Assembly: GCA_964016885.1 (NCBI GenBank)
Contig: OZ024745.1
Location: 100,502,001 to 100,566,000, forward strand
Length of the DNA: 64,000 bases
Direction of reading: 5' to 3'
Source: Eledone cirrhosa
Taxonomy: Eukaryota
Each line of letters opens with the position of its first letter. The stretch's first letter is position 1. The notes beneath the pieces were generated by a model. That model searched no databases, had not been told where the DNA came from, and was given only the letters and a program-made list of their open reading frames with translations. The position numbers and the translations under genes are program-made. Shown here one piece after another: positions 39,497-52,249 of the stretch.

Positions 39497-40060
39497 ATAA
39501 ATGTAATCTGAGTTTTTCGAATATTAATAATTTTTTCTCCTTTAGGCACAAGGCCAGCAATTACTCAGTGCATTACTGGTACTTTATTTTATCGACCCCA
39601 TAAGGATGAAAGGCAAAGTTAACATTCGATTCGTTTGCAATTATGCAAACGATTATGCAAACAAGCCTCATATCAGTCTGCTCATATGCAAATCTGGCTG
39701 ATCAGTGGATCTGCTAATATGCAGATCTGACTGATCAGCCAGTCTGCTAATATGCAAATCAGACCGATCTGTCACTGTATACTTTCGAAAATACCACATA
39801 TTTTCACTAGCTCTGACAGTTGGCTGGTGAACAGTGAGCTGTACTGATGAAGGGTGATACCCAGAAACATTAATGTCTGCAGTTCTGTTTACATGCCAAC
39901 ACAAGAGCAAGAATGAAGGGTTCATTCTACTGACATGGATATGAAATTGAGGCTTGTTTGCATAATTGCAAACGAATCGAATGTTATTATTAATATTCGA
40001 AAAACTCAGATTACATTTATTGTACTCAGCCATGTAGAGCGAAAGTTAAACAATTTTTTT
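39497..40060 (+). mobile_element. PLE pLTR-like element (family F) with an inverted 5' arm interrupted by a SINE fragment (39531-39622)
   Basis: 39497-39531 plus 39621-39670 is the reverse complement of 39948-40020; contains an HHR. Confidence 0.7.
39836..39885 (+). ncRNA. Canonical minimal type I hammerhead (family F)
   Basis: GAGCTGTA-CTGATGA-aGGGTgatACCCa-GAAA-CATTAATG-TC-TGCAGTTC; 8-bp stem I, palindromic stem III and GUC cleavage triplet. Confidence 0.85.
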
Positions 40061-42717
40061 TTTGTTAGATATATATGTGTGTGTGTCTGTGTGTGTGTGT
40101 GTGTATAATATATATATAGTTGAATAAATATTTAATATATTTTTAACCTTGCTGTGGTAATGCCCCCGTGGTTAATCCACATATCTATCTTTCTGCCGTA
40201 CAAGAGCCAAGACCAATTTTCGTTGGTCATTACCAGCATAGCATATGTGATTACTTCCCTCTTATACCACAGCACCATATTACCTCTCTAAAACTTCCGG
40301 CTCCTCTAATTTGATCCAATCTCTTTCAGCTTCTTCTTTAAACATCCCCCACTGCGTTCAGATGCTCTGATCCATTGGTCCTCTTCTCCACATTCTCACT
40401 CTGGCTCTTTTGTCTTTTTCCTACTTCGCTACTGCACCTGACCTTTCTTTCTAAACACCAACATCATAATAAAACCAAACAACCCCTCCTTTCACGCCCC
40501 CCGGACCACTAACAACACTGGCTTCTGTATAAAAGACCTCCACCATTTCTATAACATATATATATATATGTTCATGCTACCAATGTTAACACACGCACCT
40601 GTTGGTTTTCACTTCAATTTAAGGCTTCTGATCATCAAAATATATTTTCAAAATGCAAGTCTGAATATAAAGGGTTGTGGATTAGAGAATTCGTTGAACA
40701 GCAAGTTGGTGCCTTGTCATTGATTCATATTTACTTTGTTTCTGGCAGTGGTCGTTAGTGATTACATTTTGTTACTTTTAGTATTTTCATATTTTCTCTA
40801 TTTGATAGGACAATAACAATCCTTATTCTATAGAATGACCACAGCCAACAGCTTGTCCCTCAAATTCATGATTAATAACTAACGTTTTATTTAATTTATT
40901 ATATATATTTCATTTACTGTATTTTATAAATAATTTTTAAAGGCATTTCTTTATTTACAAAATCTGCCTAACTTGTACTTACTGTCTGTGTTTCTTTTCA
41001 TATAAAAACAATAAACGATTTCTAGAAAGAAGAGAGAAAATCTAGCCATTGTATTTCACTTTTGTTGATAAATGTTGTGAACTTCTTATCTATTAGTGAT
41101 GATTTATAGGTAGATGGACAGGAGTAGTGTATGTATGTATGTATGTATGTATGTATGTATGTATGTATGTATGTATGTATGTATGTATGTATGTATGTAT
41201 GTATGTATGTATGTATGTATGAATGTATGTCTGTATATCTGTATGTACGTATACACTACAAACGTGCCACCAGTTATGTTACAAGTCTATGATTCGACAC
41301 TTACGTCTCAGCCAGCAGCGACAGTCAACAGAATTTTAAATCACTGTTCTATGTTCACTCTAGTGCTTCAATGTCTATTTCCCCAGATAAAAGCTGTTAT
41401 TATGCTATTTATAAATGTAATTTTCTTGTGAAGCCTGATATTTTCGTATATTTTCCAGTGTTGTATTCACATTTCTCTTGAACAGAAAATCTCCAGATTT
41501 ACTTTTGCATTCTTTTAATTAGAAATAGGTCTGGGGATACCTATATTTAATTTCGAAGTCAACGATAAAAAACCCCACTATTCAACATGAATGGATGTCT
41601 GTATGAATGAGAGGTTTCAAATTGTTAAATCTTTATCTAAAGAAATATGAATCGCTTTCGGGAGATTTGTGAATAGAATGAAAACATATGAAAATATATG
41701 GTCGGTTACACACACATATTCAATAACTGTATTGCTTCTATTATTTTATTTAAACTTAAAATTATATATATTTTTTAAGAATTTGTATAAACTATCATGT
41801 CGAAAACATTATTTGGGGAAACAAAAAAGCGTTTGAAAAAATATTGCAGTTGTCATGAGCAAAAGACTGGAAAATATTCATTTTTTATAAATACGTTTAT
41901 TGACATCTTTTTTGTATGTCAAAGTGTATATGTATATTTACTGAAATATTTATTTATTCGTAAATATATTTTCAACAAGCTTAACGTTATAGAAAAGAAA
42001 CAACAACAATAAACAACATGCTTTAATCAATATTTAGAAACAACGGCTATATTTTTAAAAGGTACAATTATATTTAACTGTGTTTCAGTATCAAAAATAA
42101 AGTGACGGTTCTAAAGAATTTCTTTGAAGTGGATGAAAACCACAACAAACTAAAGCAAATGCTATTGTTCAATCTTCAAGGAAGTCAAGGTCGATACAAC
42201 AACATTTACCATATATCAAAGTATTGACATGCTGTCAAAAAATGCATTTAAATTTAATAGAATGTGGTAGTTTGCTTGAAGCATTGTATATAATATATTA
42301 TATAATGTGGAAAGGCTAAACAATGCAACAACGATGTAAGATGTCGGAAACGAAAAATCTAGTTACCTGGTAATCTTTATTTGTTTCCGTTGCTGTTGTT
42401 TCTTTTGTTCTAATATTTCGGGACTTAAAATTCCCTTCATCAGAGTATAAAGAACTTAAAGAAAACTGTCCTGGTATTTTCTCTTTAGAATTAAATTTAT
42501 TTGTTAAAATTATTTGTTAAAAGACCTAAATGGACGTCACTCAATGACTCGTTAGCAAATAACATGCTACCCATGAGAATAGTTAAAATATTCATATGAA
42601 TGTTTCCTTGTATAAAGGATATACATGTCAAGCATGCACAGAGACACATACGTACCAAAAAGCACGTATACATACATACATACATACATACATACATACA
42701 TACATACATACACATAC

Positions 42718-42947
42718 GGGTTAAATACCAACCCGCTTGGACCAAAGTATGACTGAACTTGGATTTGCGGACAAAAAGCGCAGCTCCCTAATTCATAGTC
42801 TACAAATGGCTGCGATAGCTGGCACCTTCAAAATTTGCAAAACATTCTTGCGATTCAAGGGATGACAATTTCTTTTCTTTTACAACCTTGCCACCAGGAA
42901 GGTGGCCGGTCAAAAAAATATACTCAAAATTAAGAGAAAGAGAAAAC
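42718..42947 (+). mobile_element. R4-like RLE LINE extreme 3' end in (CATA)n
   Basis: Near-identical to the reverse of 54350-54575 (..GTFKICKTFLRFKG* plus UTR). Confidence 0.8.
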
Positions 42948-42992
42948 ATACATGCATGCATGCATACATACATACATACATACATACATACA

Positions 42993-43610
42993 TGGTGGTG
43001 GCTGCCAACTCGTTTTCGAGTACGGCCACTACTTTATATCCATGTAGGAGAACCCCTACCGATGCGCTGAACGAGTGTGACTTTTTAGTCCAGCCAGCGA
43101 CTTGAAAACTCTGGCACAAACACCCCACTGGTGACCATTATTGACATATAGTGCTGGGCCCATACATGTGATGACAAGTGCAGAGAGATCTCCAGATATA
43201 AAGCAATGCCTGTGCCGTGAAGCTTTTATAGTGAGCAAAGGCACTGCACAAAGCCAGTCCCACTCTCTTAACCAAGATGATATTTACCAAAAAGAAGAAC
43301 AAGTCAACATCATTGGATACCATCAGAGTTGCAGGTGTTATATCAGAGTTTTCCTTCTCCTAGAATTCTGCCTTGACAAAGGCTAAGGGGTCATCTTTCC
43401 CTGTGATTTTGGATGGCCATTGACTCTTAAGAGCTCCTTTGCCCTTTGACAGGTCTTGTTTTTAGTCCTGCAGGATGTCCAAAGTCACTCTCCTCACCAA
43501 GAAACCTTGGTGGGGTTGCCAGTTTAGTCGCCAACGACCCGACCATGAGACAGGTTGTACTGGGATACATGTTACCAGTAGCACCAACTGGTGACCAACT
43601 GGTGACCCGA
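42993..43610 (-). mobile_element. Bipartite non-autonomous RTE-derived element with (ATGT)n tail
   Basis: RTE 5'UTR-like CTAGGAGAAGGAAAACTCTGA joined to a C-terminal C2H2 remnant (CARVFKSLAGLKSHTRSAH) and 3' hairpin CTCGAAAACGAG. Confidence 0.75.
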
Positions 43611-43684
43611 CATACATACATACATACATACATACATACATACATACATACATACATACATACATACATACATACATACATACA

Positions 43685-44058
43685 AAGGGGTGTGTTAGTA
43701 ACTGATTCAGTACAAATCTTGAGAAGCTGGGCTTCTCAAGATTTGTACTGAGAAAGAACACAATTTGTTAGGAAATTGCAAGTACAATCCATTAATGGAA
43801 CAGTAAAATTATGTAAAACATTTCAAAAATTCTGCATCGAATAACTCCAGGTACCCATGTACAGCTACAAAGGATGTGCACATGGACACATATAACTCAA
43901 AACATCCACATCCACATCCACACATACATTAACATCCATACTTGCACACACATGCATGTAGGCATGCATACCATACATATCTACCTAGCTGTTGTTGTTT
44001 AAATTCCAGTTTGAAAGTCTTGTATCTATGTTAAAAACCGACTCTCCCCCGCCCCTAT

Positions 44059-44090
<32 letters not shown>

Positions 44091-44135
44091 CTCTCTCTCT
44101 ATTGGTAAACATTTATAAAATTATAAAACCAGAAC
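43685..44135 (+). mobile_element. Another RLE LINE 3' end between (CATA)n tracts
   Basis: Encodes ..KLQVQSINGTVKLCKTFQKF, similar to the R4-like C-terminus elsewhere in the window. Confidence 0.6.
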
Positions 44136-44469
44136 ATACATACATACATATTATTGTTAAAGTTGGCTAATTTTCTTCATCTTACCAAACAGGCATGCGT
44201 CTGAAGACGTACGGATCAAGCATATTTTTGAATATATATTTACATAATTACAAACAAACAAACATACATACATATATACAAACATACATACATAATCGTA
44301 CATATATATGTCCATTGAATAACAGCAAGAAGATCAGATTGAAAGCATGTGCGGCCGGGAATGACCTTCTGGAGTTTGGAATCACCCACGAAGATTCTTA
44401 TCGTGCTGTGCTTGATGATGTCGATGTCATTGATGCAATTAACGAAGAGGAGTGGGCCTAAAACAGTTT

Positions 44470-44960
44470 CTTGTGGGACGTCACACTGACATTGGCTGAG
44501 CTCGATCGTATATTTTCAATCACAATATGCTGGGCTATAATCCACAGGAAATACTTAATCTACTGTAGTAATTTTCCACAGACTCCAATATTGGATGATA
44601 TGTTATGATCGACCCTGTCAAAGGCCTTGCTGAAATCAAGGTAAATAACATTCTTGGCACCATCCTCAAATCCTTTAGGAGGTCATCAAAGTGATGCAGA
44701 AGCTACATTATGCAGTCCCTACCATTACGGAACCCATGTTATTTGGAGTTTAGCAGATTATTGATTTCGAGGAAGTGAGTTATTAGTGATCTCATTACCC
44801 TACTAAATACCTTAATGATATGCGAGGTGAGTGAAAACGGATGGTAATTCACTGAAAGTAATTTGCTTCCCTTTTTGAAAACTGGGACGACAGACTGGGC
44901 TAGAAAATTTTCAGAGCTATAGCTAGAGTCCACTGAGTTCCAAAGATTAGCTAGAAGGGA
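44470..44960 (-). mobile_element. CR1/L2/Jockey-group LINE RT fragment, degraded
   Basis: VVPVFKKG..NYHPFSLTSHIIKVF..HGFRNGR..DFSKAFDRVDH. Confidence 0.8.
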
Positions 44961-44961
44961 G

Positions 44962-45124
<163 letters not shown>

Positions 45125-45819
45125 GATACATGGATGTAGTAAGCCTTTTCACTAACGTCGCATTCATTGAAACAAGTTTAACTCTATAGAATTAATCAAT
45201 TAGACAATACATTTTATATAAAAATCAGACCTATTTGCAAGCTGTATGTTGGCTTATATCACTTGAATACCTTTGTGATAAGAAAATCAAAGAAACCGCA
45301 CCCTTATTCATATTAAGAATCAGTTAGCTGCAATATACATCAGCTCAACGACTGCATAGTTTACTTAATTATTCTTCAACGTCTCTGATTTGGTGTGCTT
45401 CCAATCAGATTTTATGAATATTTCTCTTGTGTCAACACCCCTGATCATCCTAGTTCTGGGAAGTTAGTAAAAATTGAATTAATTTTCTTTTTTCCCTCTT
45501 AACACACATTAAGTTATTCAGCCAATGGTCTTGGGAATAATTGTTTCCTGAAAAAGAATCTATGAGAATACATTTTTGGAAGAAGAAAGAAAATTTGGTG
45601 AGTGAGGAAAGAAAATTCAGAAGAAAGTACAAACAGACCAGTGGACTTCAGAATCTAGGAGCTTACTATTTTATGTTAGAATGTTTTCACTTTGAAGATT
45701 CTTGGAAACTGTTGAAGACCCCGGCGTGGAAACTGAAGAAGTTGTGGCATAATATAGAGTAACATGTGGATTTTGAATGAAATGAGGCAAATGATTTGCA
45801 ATGCATCTCTATAAATAAT

Positions 45820-45917
45820 TGTTTCTACTTTTGGCACAAGGCCAGCAATTACCTAGTGCATTACTGGTACTTTATTTTATCGACCCCGTAAGGATGAAAG
45901 GCAAAGTTAACCTCGGC
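45820..45917 (-). mobile_element. 5'-truncated SINE with 17-bp TSD
   Basis: GCATCTCTATAAATAAT at 45803-45819 and 45916-45932. Confidence 0.85.
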
Positions 45918-46202
45918 ATCTCTATAAATAATGACAGCAAGAAAACAACTGAAAATGAATATCTCGAAAATGACGCATTCTTTGTTATAATTAAATAACA
46001 AGATACAGTTGTGTATATTAGAATACAGTAAGAAGTTTACAATGATTGTTAACAGTTTAGTTCTGTTTGTTCAACCCTTGGTGATAATGATCCGCGTTTT
46101 ATCCTCGCGGTATTAGTTGGTAGACCTCTAATTTATGAGAAATTTTTCCGGACTTGAAAGTCAACTTCCATGCCATAATTTACTACCCCCCCCCCCCACA
46201 CA

Positions 46203-46286
<84 letters not shown>

Positions 46287-47914
46287 TATATATATTTGTT
46301 TTCAGCCATAATGTTATGCATCGAAAGATTGAATCAATATCATAAAATACCAGTCAAATCTAAATCTTCAATTATGTACCAACTACATTACTAGACCATA
46401 TTGAAATACTATAAGACATACGTATCTTATCTCTCATGTATAAGCAATTTTCTAACACGAAGATCGCTTTTACAAGTAGGCTTTTCAATTGAAAGTCAGC
46501 AGCTCTCTCGCAGCATCTCACTAAATATAACCTCTACAAATGTACTTTTTATTATTGGCGATAGCCGGAATCTTTGGACGGGGCGCTTGTTTCTTCCACC
46601 TGCCTAACATTAGTAAAAGATTGATTGATGAGCTCACATAAAAGAAAAAGAAAATTGCCGATAGCTTCAATATTGATTTCTTTTTTCTATTAAACTCAGT
46701 CAGAAGCTTTAAGAGACGCTAGTGAAAGCTTATGACATTCATACTTTCCCAAGAACATAAGCTACATTAATGAAACGAAATGATTTCAATCTGAAATTGA
46801 AACTCTGTAGTGGTCACAGCGTTTCATGATTTTACATGTGCCTATACAAAGCCCAATGTTCTCGGTCAATCTGTGTGTAATAATACGATGGTTGTTTTAT
46901 TGCGTAACACAAATACATTCGTAAAAACCAGTACATGTATGTTTGATACTTCTGACATTTTTTGTATCTTCGACAATACTTCTAATTACACATAAATACA
47001 TTTCTTAACCTTACAATGAGTAGTCATGTAAGTGTGGCTAAAGTGGACTTATCAGTGAATACTCTTTAAAAAAAAAACCTAACTACAAATAGTATTCAAT
47101 CTAAACATCTTTTACTGACTGATGCCCGCATGAGTATTTTTTTTTTCTGTCTGTTATTACGTTCCAGTGAATACATATGCAAACTGATACCTAACGATTT
47201 ATATTTGTTTTCTCAGAGAAGTTTTATTTAAGTATGGTAGCTGAAAAATTGCAACAAATAATAGGAAAATAAATGAAAAAACACTAAATAAAATACAAGC
47301 ATAAGTTAAGGTTAAGAAATGTTTATATGTGTAATTAAACGTCTTGTCAAAGATGAAAAAGAAATAGCTGAGTTAGTAAGCATACCCGCATTGGCTTTCG
47401 TGACAGTATTTAAGTTATGCAACAAAGCAACTGTCTTATTAAAGAATATTAGATTACATTACAGGTTGACAACAAAGAAGGCAATAACCTGAAAAATATA
47501 CTATCAGGATGTCTGTCCCCATTCTTTTACTATGGAACTATTGTTCTTTTGAAAGATTATACGTCTGTTCTTGTATTATTTATAGTTACATCAAAATAAA
47601 CATGCGTTGAAGTCAAAAGAAAGGTCAACATTATTGATAGAGTTATTGTGCTTTCAATTTTTCTTACGTAAATATTTGATATGTGAAACATTTAAAAATA
47701 CATATATGCCTGGCTGATAAGATTTGGCGTCTACCTGTCCAAAACGCTTTCACTAAAAATAAAATAATAATAAAAAAAATAATTTCAAATTTTTCCAATG
47801 CTTCTTAAGTCAACCACTTCGTTTACAGTCCTCGCTATAGGCTCAACAATCTTCTAAAAAGATCGAATTATGGCTAGCACGTCTTTGGCCTAGGGGGTTA
47901 ATGCATTCGTCTGC

Positions 47915-48385
47915 ATCTATCGGTAGAGGGGTGGACGCCATGATTTGCAGAAAAGAGTTACGGCCCTTTATGGTCTGAGTTCAAATCCCGCCGAGGTTAA
48001 CTTTGCCGTTCATCCTTATGGGGGGTTGATAAAATAAAGCGCCAGTAATACACTGGGATAATTGCTGGCCTTGTGCCAAATGTAGAAACAATTATTAAGG
48101 CGATGGATTGGCAGTATCGGCAGAGGGTTGGACACAATTGTTTATATCATAGAGTTACGGCCATTTACAGTCTGAGTTCAAATCCCGCCGAAGTTAGCTT
48201 TGCCTTTCATCCTTACGGGGTCGATAAAATAAAGTACCAGTAATGAACTGGAGTAATTGCTGGCCTTGTGCCAAAAAGTTGAAACAATTATTACAGGTTG
48301 GGACGGTGGATTGGCAGTATCGGTAGAGGGTCGGACGCCATGCTTTGCAGCATAGAGTTATGGCCCTTTACGTTCTGAGTTCAAA
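47915..48385 (+). mobile_element. Head-to-tail SINE array (2 full copies plus 1 partial)
   Basis: Units of about 190 bp joined through AATTATT tails. Confidence 0.85.
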
Positions 48386-51300
48386 TTAGATTAGACTCTT
48401 TAGCGTAGTGGGTGACGAACTCATGCAGCGTCCGAGGATGGAAGGTGCGATTCCTCGCTGATGTACTTGTACAATTTTTCCGTCTACAGGAGTATTTTAC
48501 TCAATTTTCTCAGCTATAGTGGTCAACTATTGTTATGGTCTTTTGCGTTGGGACGCACACATACCCCCTCTCCCACGCACACATAGACATGCTTCACTGG
48601 GAAGGTCTAATGAGATCGAAACGTACCTTACTTTCACCAAGCTGGTTTATAGACAAGATCCACTCCCATAGCATTACCTTAAAGTGTTCCAAAAGATTTG
48701 GATCAACCAAGACTATAGGAGTTATCTTCATTGATGGCTTTCCTGTTCGTAAGGCGAGTCTTAGAATTAGAAGTATACTTTTAGTTGATTGAATATTTGT
48801 TCCTGCTGGCCATATTCAGATACAGAGACCATGTATGTATGCACCTTAAGCAAAGCGCTCCCCAGGCATTTCCGCGCCACTTTGTTCATACGCACAATAT
48901 GTTTAGTTTATTTTGTAGGTTTTCGTTTTACTAATCCTTAATTTCTAAATCAGATTTTTTCCAATTCCCCCGCTTATCAAATTTTGCTAATCTATCTCCG
49001 GAAAAATTATATTTAAAGTTGTAGCATTCCTGCGACAGTTAATTTTCTTTAGACATTAATAAATATTTTGCATGACAAAAAAAAAGTACATTACAAGAAA
49101 TCTCATACGTTATAAAATAAATAGGATGGGTTGGGGTTTCAATATGTAAACTAAACGACTAATTCTAGCTTTTTAGAAATAATCGACGGAGACAACCTTA
49201 AAAAAATACCTATTTTCCAATCCCTCCCTATTAATTGGCACCCGAGAGCAGTCACACGACTGGTTAGAAGTAGCAATAACATATTTTCTTTAATTCAGAC
49301 CTTACCATCTAATGGTTTCTTATATAAGCACAAAGCCAGCAAATTTGGGGGAATGAGAAGTCGATTAAATCGATCCCAGTGAGTGAGTGGTACTTTATTT
49401 TATTGACCCCGTAAGGATGAAAGGCAAAGTTAACCTCGGTGGGATTGGAACTCAGATCATAAAGGGCCGTAACTCTATGTTGCAAAGCATGGCGTCCGAC
49501 CCTCTACCGATACTGCCAATCCACCGCCCTCAGCCCTTACCATTTAATAAACACACGAGAATGCAGTTCCAGGTATACAATGTCTGGGGATAAGCAAGAT
49601 GATAGCATTACAGGCAATACAATTCTAGAGCTACTTCGTATTTTTGTCAATGAAATTCTTCTTTACACTGTCGTTTTATGCTATGCTACTTTTTTGTAAT
49701 TAAATAATATGATTAAGCCGATTTGCCAATTTCTGAATTTAGTCAGATGTTATAATTAACAAGCTTTTTAAATGTTTGTATAACCGCCTCTCATTATTAT
49801 TGTTGGCAGAATTGGTAGAGGGTCGGACGCCATGCTTTGCAGGATAGAGTTACGGCCCTTTCCATTCTGAGTTCAAATCCTGCCGAGGTTAACTTTGCCT
49901 TTCATCCTTACGGGGTCGATAAAATAAAGTACCAGTAATGCACTGGGTAATTGCTGGCCTTGTGCCTAAAGTAGAAACAATTATTATTGGTGGATTGGCA
50001 GAATTGGTAGAGGGTCGGACGCCATGCTTTCCAGCATAGTTATGTCCCTTTACGATCTTAGTTCAAATCCCGCCGAGGTTGACTTTGCCTTTCATCCTTA
50101 CGGGGTCGATAAAATAAAGTACCAGTAATGAACTGATGTAATTGCTGGCCTTGTGCCTAAAGTAGAAACAATTATTATTATTCGTGTTGGCAGTATCGGT
50201 AGAGGGTCGGACGCCATTCTTTCCAGCATAGTTACGTCCCTTTACGATCTGAGTTCAAATCCCGCCGAGGTTGACTTTGCCTTTCATCCTTACGGGGTCG
50301 ATGAAATAAAGTACCAGTAATGAACTGGAGTAATTGCTGGCCTTGTGCCAAAAAGTAGAAACAATTATTATTATTCGTGTTGACAGTATCGGTAGAGGGT
50401 CGGACGCCATGCTTTGCAGCAATGAGTTACGGCCCTTTACGTTCTGAGTTCAAATTAGATTAGACTCTTTAGCGTAGTGGGTAACGAACTCATGCAGCGT
50501 CCGAGGATGGAAGGTGCGATTCCACGCTGATGTACTTGTACAATTTTTCCGTCTACAGGAGTATTTTACTCAATTTTCTCAGCTATAGTGGTCAACTATT
50601 GTTATGGTCTTTTGCGTTGGGACGCACACATACCCCCTCCTCCCACGCACACATAGACATGCTTCACTGGGAAGGTCTAGTGAGATCGAAACATGTACTT
50701 TGCTTTCACCAAGCTGGTTTATAGACAAGATCCACTCCCATAGCATTACCTTAAAGTGTTCCAAAAGATTTGGATCAACCAAGACTATAGGAGTTATCCT
50801 CATTGATGGCTTTCTTGTTCGTAAGGCGAGTCTTAGAATTAGAAGTATACTTTTAGTTGATTGAATATTTGTTCCTGCTGGCCATATTCAGATACAGAGA
50901 CCATGTATGTATGCACCTTAAGCAAAGCGCTCCCCAGGCATTTCCGCGCCACTTTGTTAATACGCACAATATGTTTAGTTTATTTTGTAGGTTTTCGTTT
51001 TACTAATCCTTAATTTCTAAATCAGATTTTTTCCAATTCCCCCGCTTATCAAATTTTGCTAATCTATCTCCGGAAAAATTATATTTAAAGTTGTAGCATT
51101 CCTGCGACAGTTAATTTTCTTTAGACATTAATAAATATTTTGCATGACAAAAAAAAAGTACATTACAAGAAATCTCATACGTTATAAAATAAATAGGATG
51201 GGTTGGGGTCTCAATATGTAAACTAAACGACTAATTCTGGATTTTTAGAAATAATCGACGGAGACAACCTTGAAAAAATACCTATTTTCCAACCCCTCCC

Positions 51301-51870
51301 TATTAATTGGGACCCGAGAGCAGTCACACGACTGATTAGAAGTAGCAATAACATATTTCTTTAATTCAGACCTTACCATCTAATGGTTTCTTATATAAGC
51401 ACAAAGCCAGCAATTTTGGGGGGAAAAGGAAGTCGATTAAATCGACACCAGTGAGTGAGTGGTACTTTATTTTATTGACCCCGTAAGGATGAAAGGCAAA
51501 GTTAACCTCGGCGGGATTTGAACTCAGATCATAAAGGGCCGTAACTCTATGTTGCAAAGCATGGCGTCCGACCCTCTACCGATACTGCCAATCCACCGCC
51601 CTCAGCCCTTACCATTTAATAAACACACGAGAATGCAGTTCCAGGCATACAATGTCTGGGGATAAGCAAGATCATAGCATTACAGGCAATACAATTCTAG
51701 AGCTACTTCGTATTTTTGTCAATGAAATTCTTCTTTACACTGTCGTTTTATGCTATGCTACTTTTTTGTAATTAAATAATATGATTAAGCCGATTTGCCA
51801 ATTTCTGAATTTAGTCAGATGTTATAATTAACAAGCTTTTTAAATGTTTGTATAACCGCCTCTCATTATT
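48310..51870. repeat. Tandem segmental duplication with period of about 2.07 kb (48310-49800 versus 50380-51870)
   Basis: Colinear near-identity at offset 2069-2072; SINE arrays at the junctions. Confidence 0.9.
49800..50455 (+). mobile_element. Head-to-tail SINE array (3 full copies plus 1 partial)
   Basis: Young, highly similar units of about 190 bp separated by (ATT)n. Confidence 0.9.
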
Positions 51871-52249
51871 ATTATTCGTGTTGGCAGTATCGGTTGAGGG
51901 TCGGACACCATGCTTTGCAGCAATGAGTTGCGGCCCTTTATGGTCTGAGTTCAAATCCCGCCGAGGTTAACTTTGCCTTTTCATCCTTACGGGGGTCGAT
52001 TAAATAAAGTACCAGTAATACACTAGGATAATTGCTATCCAAAGCATCAATTATTTTGCTATTTTTAGAAATGATGAAAATAGCATTTTCTATGGTTTTT
52101 AGGAAAAATCTTCTGTAATCATCACCATCAACATCACTTTTATTATTATTATTGTTGTTGTTGTTGTTAGTAGTGGTAGTCGACTTGGTCGTAGGCGTAG
52201 TCATAGTAGGAGTAATACCCCTAAGCATTATTATTGTTCATTTAGCTTG

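Noticed and set aside
48535-48792. Duplicated 85-aa ORF (also 50604-50864)
   Set aside because: Indels between the two copies shift the frame internally and there is no domain signature.
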